DNA of 58,747 bases, taken from positions 1 to 58,747 of the forward strand of contig QPMI01000019.1 of assembly GCA_004431415.1 (NCBI GenBank). Reading direction: 5' to 3'. Origin of the DNA: Cyanophora paradoxa CCMP329 (lineage: Eukaryota; Plantae; Glaucophyta). Shown piece by piece: positions 48,901-58,747 of this stretch. Numbering within the stretch: position 1 is the stretch's first letter; every line of letters starts with the position of its first letter. The notes beneath the pieces were generated by a model, which was given only the letters and a program-made list of their open reading frames with translations, had not been told where the DNA came from and did no database searches. The position numbers and the translations under genes were made by a program.

Positions 48901-51450
48901 TTCGTGCTCGGGTTCGAGCGGCCCCGCCCGCTCGTCGATCCGAAGGACCGCGGGCACCGGAAATACCCGGTCGTCTGCCCGGGCGTGCAGAAGCACGGAC
49001 CCACGTGGTCCCCGTTGCCGCCCCGTGAGTTCGTCGCATCCCTGCTTGCGGGGTATGTGAACAGCATGGCTGCCTGGGTGCTGGGGCACGAGCTGCCCGA
49101 CCAGCCCCGGCCTGCGCCGGCCACGGGATTCAACCCCCAAATGCACATTGTGGGGCCGACGGCCATATACGAGTTCATGTGGTCCACCTGCTACCGCGCC
49201 GACCCGGCCACTCGTTCCGCGGCCGAGGCAGCAGCTGGGGCCCATGCACGTTCCGCTGACGGCGACGAGCTTTACGCCGTCCTGCAGCACGTCAAGAGCG
49301 GCCAGCTCGGCGAGTCGATTGACGAGTCCGCAGCTCTCGTCATCGCCTCTCAGCTCCCGCTGACCACGGCGTTCTGGCTCTCGATGCCAGACCTGCCGCG
49401 CCCCAACGCCACGCATACGTCCTGGCTGGACAATGCGGCGGACGCCAGCAAGCGCCTCTCGGACGCTCTGCTGCAGATCTGGGGCCTGCCGGCGACGAAG
49501 CAGCTGCGCGCTGTTCTCGCCAAGTACGAGCAGGAGGACGAGCCCCTCCTTTCCGTCCGCCGCCTTGAGCGCATCCTGCCCGCTCGGGTAGCGGCGCACG
49601 GCATGCGCCCGTACTGCCACGTCGAGCGCGATACGTGGGCAGCCAGGCACCTCGTTGCTGGCGCGACGCTCGCGGGCCAGGAGCCCATCGCCTCGGCTCT
49701 CCTGAACTGGGTTCAGAAGATCAATGACGTCCTCTGGCCCATCTTCACGGGCGTGAAGGCGAAGCGGATTATGGTCTCCGACCTCTATCCCGCCCCCGCC
49801 CTGGACACTGTCGCCCAGCAGGGCGCGGCGCCGTTCCCTGCGCCCCCCGAGGCCAGCGGCCTCGGCGACACGGTGGCGGCAATCACGCCGTTCCACTACC
49901 GGCTGCGCGCCGAGCTGCTCCAGAACTGGAACGGGTACACGGCAGAGGATCTGCCCCCGAGCTTGCGCGCCCAGCAGCAGGCCGACCACGCCGTGGCAGC
50001 GACCGCCCAGGCGAAGCCTGTGGCATCGTCCTCTGCCTCGGGCACCACGGGCTCTGGCTCCCGCGAGCCCAGCCCTGCCCCCAAGCGCTCGGCCACGCCC
50101 TCGCCCTCGAGGAAGCAGAGCGAGACGAAGCGCGAGCGCTCCCGCGACCGCCGCGGGCGCCGCCAGAGCCGCGAGGCCGCCGCTTCCCGCGAGCGCACCG
50201 AGTCGCCCCGGCAGGAGTCGTCGAGCTCCCCTGCCCCGACGCGCACGCAGCCGCCGGGCGCCACCGGCCAGCGCCGCGAGCGGCCGCGTATCCTGCAGGG
50301 CAGCCGCGTGACCGTTCGCGGCACCTTGCCCAGCACCTCGTCCACGGGACCTGAGTCCCTCGACCTGGCTGACATGGACGACGCCGAATTCACTGCCTAT
50401 GCCCGCCAGCATGGCCTTGAGTTCGAGCCGGACCCGGCCGAGGACACGCGCCAGCGCCTCCTCGCCGAGGCCGAGCGCCGCAGCAAGCGCGCCCGCGTTG
50501 CTGCCCAGTCCACCGCGGAACTGGCCCCCGCGCCGTTCCCGTACCCGTACCCGGCGTCGATGGGCCCGCCCCCGCCGCGCGTACCCGGTTGGGGGTTGCC
50601 GCCGCCCCCACTCTTGCCGCAAATCGCCGGCCCGCACGGCTATTACTGGCCGCACGGCCTCATGTACCCGCCTGCGGGTCCCGCGGCCAGCTCGAGCTCC
50701 GGCCAGGCACCGCCGGCCACGGACGAGAATGTGGGCAGTGCCCACTACCAGGCCGCCAAGAACTGGCGCGCGCGCCTGCGGCTCCTGCTCGAGCGCAACG
50801 CTCAGCCGGCCGTCTTGTCTGAGATGCTCGATGAGATCGCCACGGCCGCGGGCCATGATCTCACCGGCACCACCTTGCCGAGCGGCGCCTCTTGGGCGGC
50901 ACGGAACGCCGCTGCGACGGTGTGGGCCGCAAATTACCCGGGCATGGAGCAGTTCGATCGCATTGAATCTGAACTGCTGCGCCTCATCGGCCTCGCCCAG
51001 GAGGCCAAAGCCGAGGGCCGCTGCCGCCCCGCACACCGCGCCATTCTCCGTATCTACGGCGATGGTGACGATGAGGATGACTTCGCGACGCGCGCTGCAC
51101 TGCAGCCGCGGGCCATCGCCGAGCGCGCCTTGGCCTCCGCCGCTGCCGGCAGCGAGCCGACGCCCGTCATCGACGGAGCGGATCGCAAGTCCTCTGCCGC
51201 TCCGACGAGCCGCTCCGAGGGCTCCACGCCCGCTCCAGCAAGCAGCGCGCCGCGCTGCACTTCCAGGCTCCTGAGCCTGACGAACTCGTGGCTACGGCCC
51301 CGACCGCCCCACGGACCTCGCGGTCCCGGAGTCCCCGGATGGCGCGCCCGACGGCCGCCTGAACGCCCCGGTCCCGATCGCGAAAGTTATCGACGGGATC
51401 AACGGTCTCCCGCACGATTTCCGGCGCCTGCTCCTGCAGTGCCCGGGCTT
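45923..51450 (+). CDS. Large uncharacterised polyprotein region of the LTR element (about 1,850 codons; its N-terminal part is 37109-37403)
   Basis: In frame with 37109-37403 across the LINE TSD (SESAPSSD-PGQGSAPY..VPQAPP). Uninterrupted ORF with normal coding composition. Confidence 0.8.
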
Positions 51451-51460
51451 CGTCTATGCC

Positions 51461-51889
51461 TTGCATGCCGACGGCACGCTCGGCGAGAGCACGCGCGTCA
51501 AATTCATTTTTGACACTGGCGCAATGGGAGATGTTGGCGAGAAAAAGCACATGCCGCCCGGCACGCGCTACACGGGTGTGAAGGTCCTCCGGGCCTTCCT
51601 CCACCACGCCACGATCACGGCTGAGATTGCTCATGTCGTGCTGCGCTTCGGCGATGTGTACGTCTCGCGAGCGGTGTACGTCGTCCCCGACGGCTCGCTC
51701 GGCCCGAACGCCGACATGCTCCTGGGCATCGGCACGATCATGAGGATCGAGGGGCGGATTGACACCACCAGCTCGGGCTGGTGCCTGCACGCGCGCGACG
51801 CGCACTTCCGCCCCCACGTGATCCCTTTTCTGTGCCCGGACAATCAAAGGGGCCTCTCCTTGTCCGGGTGCTCCGCCCCGTCGTCCTAA
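51461..51889 (+). CDS. Retroviral-type aspartic protease domain
   Basis: KFIFDTGA active site and downstream DMLLG motif. Confidence 0.85.
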   Translation: MHADGTLGESTRVKFIFDTGAMGDVGEKKHMPPGTRYTGVKVLRAFLHHATITAEIAHVVLRFGDVYVSRAVYVVPDGSLGPNADMLLGIGTIMRIEGRIDTTSSGWCLHARDAHFRPHVIPFLCPDNQRGLSLSGCSAPSS

Positions 51890-53029
51890 AGGACGCCCGC
51901 GAATGGATGGTCCGCTGCGTGTTGGACGGCCCTGCGCCGCCAGCGGACCAGGCCCCGACGCTCGCCGTCGGGCCGGCGCCTGACTCCCTGTCAGCGCTCG
52001 GGGTACTCGCGCCCCACCAGTTGCACCGCCGGCCTGCCGAGGGCGGCAGCCTGCACGTGCGACTAGTAAACCCCGCCAATGAGCCCGTCCTGCTTCCCGC
52101 TGGGGCCATTGTAGCGGTGGCGGAGGCTAATAACCTGCCGCCCGGCGACTTTGGGTTCGACCCGCCGCCCGACGACGCGTCGGCGCGCACCGTCGCCGAC
52201 TCTTTCATTCGCACGCTGCGAGCCTTCTACCCTAAGCGAGGGCAAGGCTTCCGCGCGATGCGCCGCCGAGCCAATCGAACGGCTGCGGCTTACACGGCAG
52301 CTGAGGGCACCACGCCGCCCCAGCACCCCGCTCCAGGGCCTATTTTCGCGGCACCCGCCGCCCGGCAGTCCGAAGCGACTGTAGCCACTGAGCAGGAGCC
52401 TGCGCCGAGCGCGCCTCCCTTGTTCGTCCGCATGCTGCGCGACGACGGCAGTGAGGGCGAAGACGTCCCCATTGTCACAATGGAGGGCCTCGCGCTTTGT
52501 GACGAGCCCGTGTCCTCGGACACCGACTCTGAACGCGAGCGCGAGGACGGGTACCTTGGCTGGACCTCGCCCGAGGAGCGCGAGCGCACCAGGCCCGCCC
52601 GCCGCGCTGAACGCGCCGCACGCCGCCGCGCCCACGCGGCTCGCGCTGCACGCCAGGGGGCTAACGCAGTCCCCACCAATCCCTCCGGGGATCAAATAAA
52701 TCTCGCTGCCGAGGCAGCTGAGCCGCCGGCGCCCGCGCCGAGCGGGGCCGCTCGCCCGCCTGCACCGGCGCCAGCAGCGCTGGCAGGCCCCGGCTGCTCT
52801 GTCCGGACAACGGAAGCGCCCGCGCCCTCCGTAGCCGAGTCCTCCGCCGCGCGCGGCAAGGACAAGGGCAAGGCGCCGCTGCGAGCCGCCCCTCCGGGCC
52901 CCGCGCCTGGCCCCTCCCACGGTGGCGCCCCGCGGGCACCGCCGGAAGCGACGGGGACGTCGTCTTCCGAAGAGGAGGAGTGGAACCGTGCACGCGCGAA
53001 GATCCCGGAATGCGGCTCGCATCCGGCGA

Positions 53030-54420
53030 TGAGCGCTACGGAACGCGCCGAGCTAGAGGCTCTGCTGAAGCGCTACTCGCGCGCGTTCGCCGACTCGGTC
53101 ACGGCCACTGAGGGCACGGCCAATCTCCTCCATTACGAGCACGTGATCCGATTGACCTCACGGCTGCCCGTCTTCACGCCCCCGCGGCGTGTAAGCCCGC
53201 ACGCCGAGGCCTTCGCCCGTGACGAAATAAAGCGGCTCCTTGAGCTGGGCCTGATCCAGCCCTCGCAAGCCGCCTATGGCTCGCCGGTCGTGCTCGCTCC
53301 TAAGAAGGACGGCACCTGGCGGTTCTGCGTCGATTACCGACGCTTAAATGCGATCACCGAGCGCGATGTCTTTCCCTTGCCACGGATTGACGATCAGCTG
53401 GACCGCCTGCGGGGTCCATGATCTTCTCGACCGTCGACGCGACGGCGGGATTCTGGCAGCTGCCGCTGGACCCCGCGTCCCGGCAGTACACGGCCTTCGT
53501 GGTGCCCTGGGCCACTACGAGTGGCGCGTGACCCCGTTTGGCGTGACCAACGGGCCGGCCGCCTTCTCGCGCGCCGTGACGGCCATCCTCGGCCCCTGCT
53601 CACGACTTGCGTCACCGCGTATATCGACGATATCACGGTGTTCTCGCCAAGCGTGCCCCAGCACCTGCTGGACCTCGAGGCCCTGTTCCGCGCTATCATG
53701 CCGGCGAACTTGCGCCTGAAACCCTCCAAGTGCCGCTTCGGGGTGGCGGAGGTGGCCTTGCTCGGGCACCTCGTCTCGGCCGAAGGGATCCGCCAGGACC
53801 CCGCGAAGCTGGCGTTCATTCGCCAGTACCCGCCGCCTGCGAACGCTGACCAATTGAGGTCGTTCCTGGGCTTGGCTGGGTACTACCGGCGTTTCGTGAA
53901 CGGGTTCGCCCGTGTCACCCACCCGCTGCAGCGCCTGCTGCTTCGGGACGCCGTGTGGCAATGGACCGAGGTCCACCAAGCCGCCTTCGAGGCGCTGAAG
54001 GCCGCCCTGCTCGAGGATCTGGTACTTGGGTACCCGGATTTTGAGCGGCCCTTCATCCTGTCGACCGACGCGTCGACGTACGCCATCGGCGCGATCCTGT
54101 CGCAATCCGATGGCGGCTCGCCCGCCCGTGAGCGGCCCATCGCGTTCATCAGTCGAACGCTGGCGCCCGCTGAGCGGAACTACACCGCCACCGAGCTCGA
54201 GTGCCTGGCGGTTGTATGGGCAATAAAATACTGGCGGCACTTCCTCCTGGGAGGGCCCCAGTTCCTGGTCCGGACGGACCACCAGGCGCTCCAGTGGTTG
54301 CGCTCGCGCGAGGCGACCTCGGGAAGGCTGGGACGCTGGTCCCTCCTCCTGCAGTCCTACGACTTTGTCGTAGAGTACCGCGCGGGGCGCAACAACGGAG
54401 GGCCCGACGCCTGCTCGCGG
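53030..54420 (+). CDS. pol: Gypsy-type reverse transcriptase and RNase H (three apparent 1-nt deletions)
   Basis: SPVVLAPKKDGTWRFCVDYRRLN, FPLPRID, GFWQL, PFGVTNGP, YIDD, FLGLAGYYRRF, TDAS, ELECLA and TDHQAL. Confidence 0.95.
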
Positions 54421-55683
54421 CCCCCGCTGAACCACCCGGTTCTCGCGCCCGGCGGCGCCGACGGCAGCTCGGCTGCGCCCGACGCGTTGGCTGGCGCCAC
54501 GGGGCACGGCGTGCCCCAGCCCGGCGACCTTGACGAGCCTCTGCCGCTGTTTGCAGTCGCTCTCGCCGCCGAAGGCGCTGCGGAGGCCCGGGTAGCGGTG
54601 GAGGCCCCGCCGGGCCCCCGCCTGACCGAGCTCGCCGACGAGCCGGCCGAGGCCGCGCCGCCGCCCCCGCGTCAGCGTCCGAGCCCGCCGAGGCCGCGGC
54701 GCCCGCGCTCCGCCCAGCCGGGCGGAGATCCTCGTCGCGCGGCGACAGGCCCGCCTCCGGCGCCAGCTCGCCTTCGAGGGCGCTCCCGCCGCAAGGCGGA
54801 CGTCCAGCCCGCCCAGGGGCCGCGTCCGCGTCGGACGCGCGCGCCGCCTGAGGCTTTCCAGGAGGGCTCTGACGACGAGCCCGTCCCCCTGCCGCGCGCG
54901 CGCCCCGAGCCGCGCCGGCGCGCGCCGAGGCTGAGCCCGCGGGGCCCCGGCGCCGCCCGAGCCCCGAGCTCCTGCCGCGGGCAGGAGGCGCCCCTGCCAG
55001 CGGCGCCGGCGCTGCCGCAGGCCGGCCCGCCCACTCGGCGCGGCCAGAAGCCCACCACCTGGGCTGAAGTGCGCCAAGGGTGGACGAGTGGCACCGCCTC
55101 GCCGTCGCGCAAGGCCTGCCCCCGGCCCCGCGCTCTCCGAGCCCGCCGCCGGCGCCCGAGTCCGACCCGATGGAGCTGGGCTCCGACGGCGAGGCCGCGC
55201 CGCCTGTGCCCGAGCCTGAGACCCCGCGCCAGGCGCAGGAGCCGAGCTCGACGAGGATGGGTTCCCCGTGGCCCTCCTCGAGCACGTACGCCGCCGGCTC
55301 CCCTTGGGGCCGCGGCGCTACGAGGGGCCATCGCGCCCCTGCCGCGCGACCTGCGACCGCCTGAGGCCCCGCGCCGGGCAAGACGCCCGCAAAGCGGACA
55401 ACCCGCGCCACTGGCGCTGCGGCCCGCCGCTGTACCCTCACCAGGACGACCCTGATGAGGGGCCCGAGGCGGCGCCCCGGCGGCGTCGTCCTCCGCGGCC
55501 GCATCGACCGCCGCCGCGACGGCCGGCTCCTCTGAGCCGCCGGCCGCCTCCGAGGCGCCCTCGAGCGGCGACGCCGGCTCAAGTGGCGGCCCGGCCGCGG
55601 GCCTGGAACGAGAGGTCCTCTCGTCCAGCGCCATCGCCCCCGGCCCTGAGCTGGGCGAGGTCCGAGACCGCCGCAAGCCGCGC

Positions 55684-57335
55684 TTGCTCGAGCTGGTCCA
55701 GGACACTTGGGATTGCGCTCCGCCGCCTTCCCTCGACGGGCCCTTGCCCGAGACCCTGCGGCACATGTTCCCTGCCCGGCGAGTCAGGCTGCTCGCCGCG
55801 CAGAAGGCGGACCCGCTGTGCCGCAAGCTGTTCTCCTGGCTAGAGAACGGTGTGAACGAGGCCCGCTGCACGCGCGCCTCTTGCCACACGGGCGACTGCT
55901 ACCTCTGCAGTCAGGCCAAGGCGGCCTTCATCGGATTCGCTGGGAAATTCGACGTGGACACCGACGGCGTGCTTGTCCGCCGCCCGGTCGCGCCTCACGG
56001 CCGCTTCGTGCCCGTCCTGCCTGAGTCCTGGCAGGACCGCGTCCTGTACGCTTACCACGATGGGTGGGGCCACCGCGGCGCCTCGATCGTCGCCCGCCGG
56101 ATCCTGCTGAGGTTCTGGTGGCCGGGCATGCTCGCAGCCGTAGCCCGCTACGTGCGGAGCTGCCCCTGCTGCCAGTTCGCCAAGGCTGTGAAGCCGCGGC
56201 GAACCGCGATCGCAGTCATCGAGGCCGAGGGCCGGAATGACTTGTGGCAGGTGGACGTGTTCCACCTCGACCCGACGCCGCGCGGCAACCGCTATTTGGT
56301 CGCCTGGGTGAACGCGTGGGACAAGTACACGTGGCTGTACCCGAAGGCCGACCTGGACGGCTGGTCCATGCTCGAGATGGGCCGAGACTTCGTCTCGAAT
56401 GAGGGTGTGCCGCTGCGCCTCCTCATGGACAATGGGTCCAGCCTGAAGGGCGGCCCGTTCAACGAGTACTTCCGGAAGCTCGGGACTCGTTTCATTTACG
56501 CCGCGGCGTACCACCATTCGACGAATGGGCTGGTAGAGCGGCTGGGAGGCGTCGTGAAGACGCTGCTCCACGCGGCGTGCCGCGCCGAGCGCGAGCCGAT
56601 GCACGAGTGGGACCAGCACGTGCACGAAGTGCAGCTGGCGCTCCGCACGACCGTGCACGCGGCCACGGGCTACTCGCCCGCGCTCCTGCACCTGGGGCAC
56701 GAGCTCACGCTGCCCGCGGACGTGCGCTTCGGGGTCGAAATGCTCGACACCCTTAGCTACGCCGACTACGTCGCGACCGTAGTGCGCGCCGCGAAGAGCC
56801 GCGATGACGCGGTCCGCGAGCACCGCCGCTGGTACCGCCGCCAAATGGTGCACCGGACGGGTGACCTGCCGGACCGTCGCCGCTTCGAAGTGGGCGACAA
56901 AGTCCTGTGCTGGCTGGGCGACCGTGACAAGGGTTGTTTAACTCCTGGGTCGGCCCGTTCACCGTCATGGACGTGCACCCGGGCGGTACACGTACGTCGT
57001 GCGCGGCCTGGCCCGGCCCTACGGCGCCGTGGGCGCTGTCCGCCAGAAGGCCCGCGACACCCGCGAGACGATCGTGCACATCGATTGCATGATCCCGTTC
57101 CGCATGCACGATGCGAACGCGCCCGCGCGGCCGGCCCGAGGGCGACCGCGGGCGGCGGGCGTACCGGGAGCCGCGGCCGCAGCGCCGGCGGCCCCGGCGG
57201 GAGCAGCATGAAAAGCTGGCTCCGAGCCGCGTCCCGGCCCCACAGGAGGGCGAGGACAGAGAGCGGCCGCGCTTGCAACCGCGCAGCGCGAGAGTGATGA
57301 GCTACCCGCGGAGGGTCGAGCTGAGAAGGGCCTAG
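55684..57335 (+). CDS. Integrase (HHCC, DDE, GPF motif); no chromodomain seen
   Basis: YHDGWGH..CPCCQ, WQVDV, MDNGS, NGLVER, FEVGDKV and WVGPF (after a frameshift). Confidence 0.92.
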
Positions 57336-58155
57336 CGCCCGCCACAATCACTAAAGTCCCGGGCTGGGAAGGAGAGCCAACGGGCGGCTGACTGCCTCGA
57401 GCTATGCTCGGCTCAGTGACGGGCGGAGGGCCCTACGAAGACCTGGCCGAGCTCCGGGCGCGACTTGCGCCGGCAGAGGAGTCGGAAGGCGGCTGAGGCG
57501 CCGGATTCTGCCCCGGGCCCAGCGACAGGGGATGAGCATTCCCCCTCCTTGAGATGCAAGACCTGGTGGGTACCGGGTGCGCCAAGCACCAACGGGGTAC
57601 ACACAGGCGGTCGTGACGCCGGGTCCCGCCCCGGGTACGATGACTGGGGATGCACAATTCCCCCATACAGGGCTCCACACCGGGGACGCTCGGTGGTGGA
57701 CCGCCTGGAGGGTCGCGTCCCCTTAATGACGCGCGAGCACGGGTCGGGCAGGGTACCTCCCGCCGTACGATGGCGACGAGGGCACCTTGTGGGCGGCGTC
57801 TAGCCTTGCCCTGGAGTTCCTAGCTCCACCGCCGTTGTGGGCTTCTTAGCCCCTAATCCGACGCCGTGGCGGACCGCGAGAGCGCGGCGCATGCCTGAGC
57901 AGTGGCGCTAGACGAGCTGCTTAGCCCTACGTTTTGGGACGGGCATTGCGCTGGGGCTAGTGGGCGCTACCGCGAGCGTCACGCCCCGCGTTGCAATTGC
58001 TGTTGCAGCGTGCGCCTCTGCGGTTAACTTGCTGCGCGGCGAGGACAGGGCCTCCTCGGCTTCCTCCCTTCCGATCCGCTCGCCTTGTGCGAGTTTCCTG
58101 GGCCGCCGGCCCGAAGTTGGACCTTGCCCCCTGGGCGCTACACGCTGGAGTCGTG

Positions 58156-58310
58156 CCGGCACCTGCCGGGCGACAGTCTTTTCGATTCCCGGCAGTTGCC
58201 GGACATGGATGGGCTCGGCGCCTTTTCGATTCCCGGCAGTAGCCGGTGACGCCGAGTACGAGCGGCTCGGAGCCTTTTTCGATTCCCGGCAGTAGCCGGC
58301 GGCTCCGAGC
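58156..58310 (+). repeat. Three copies of TTTTCGATTCCCGGCAGT(A/T)GCCGG hairpin units plus one partial copy
   Basis: Copies at about 58179, 58223 and 58276. CCGGC-N4-GCCGG also occurs at 58156-58169. Confidence 0.9.
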
Positions 58311-58467
58311 GTTGTACATATTTGTAGGGCGAGATTCATGATTGGTGGCGATTTCCCAGCAGGGACCACCCTCTTTGTAAATAGTGACTAGGGCCATGAG
58401 GTTTACCCGGCCTAGTCAGCCCCTTTTTATGATGTTTTGGACGTAGACCCGCGCGGACGCGGGATCC

Positions 58468-58478
58468 GAGAGGAGGAG
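58468..58478 (+). promoter_or_regulatory. Polypurine tract
   Basis: GAGAGGAGGAG, one base before the 3' LTR. Confidence 0.9.
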
Positions 58479-58479
58479 T

Positions 58480-58747
58480 TGTCGCATCCGGCATTATAGC
58501 GGATGCTCGTTTGTGAGCCGCTAGGGCTCTAGATGATGTGCGCAGCCTTCGTGCTGCTAGATCGACGGCGCCTAGGCTAGTTAGAGCGCCGCGGTCGTTT
58601 GTATGCGTGTGTCGGGGTACGCCGTAGTTGGACGGGTACACCCTCAGTCTACCATCACGGTGGCTAACAGCAGCAGCACTCGCCAAACCCCGCCCTGCCG
58701 AGCTTGCACTCCGCACGGGCTTCCCGCGCGCACGATTAGACACACTA
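58480..58747 (+). repeat. 3' LTR (truncated by the window end)
   Basis: Matches 32912-33178 except one indel (gtatcgtg vs gtatgcgtg). Confidence 0.95.

Larger units (their letters stand above)
32912..58747 (+). mobile_element. Ty3/gypsy LTR retrotransposon, about 25.8 kb with two nested insertions (about 15.8 kb without them). The 3' LTR runs off the window.
   Basis: Direct LTRs, PBS, PPT, Gag zinc knuckle and PR-RT-RH-IN domain order. Confidence 0.95.

Noticed and set aside
47215-51036. 1273-aa minus-strand ORF
   Set aside because: Codon-aligned mirror of the GC3-rich plus-strand ORF.
52020-52140. dUTPase-like segment VRLVNPANEPVLLPAG after the protease
   Set aside because: Catalytic dUTPase motifs are absent, and similar segments are common downstream of gypsy proteases.
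58156-58310. CRISPR array or tRNA genes
   Set aside because: Only three units with structured, related spacers, no cas genes, eukaryotic context and no cloverleaf.

Overview
GC-rich eukaryotic (algal/protist-style) nuclear DNA with many short (about 45-70 nt) introns, several of them GC-AG. Most long ORFs in the track are GC-driven shadow frames. Bases 1-32.9 kb hold host genes: a GRAM+Dilute-domain protein, a long coiled-coil protein, a probable mitochondrial ATP synthase 6-kDa (i/j) subunit, a degenerate acyl-CoA-synthetase-like protein, mitoribosomal bS6m, an F-box/LRR-like protein, IBA57 head-to-head with a complex I Nad11/NDUFS1 gene that encodes only the N-terminal Fe-S half, and a TARBP1/Trm3 tRNA methyltransferase. 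From 32912 to the window end lies one Ty3/gypsy LTR retrotransposon. Its LTRs differ by one indel over the visible part. It carries two nested insertions: a 1.5-kb T-rich, 5'-truncated insert of unknown origin (12-bp TSD) and an 8.5-kb RNase H-containing LINE (20-bp TSD). Removing both leaves an element of about 15.8 kb whose reading frames join, across apparent 1-nt deletions, into a probable single polyprotein of about 4,500 aa. About 2,000 aa of uncharacterised sequence, including a possible SET-like motif set, sit between Gag and protease. The primer-binding site has tRNA-Sec-like geometry, and the 3' UTR carries repeated covarying hairpins complementary to the PBS region.
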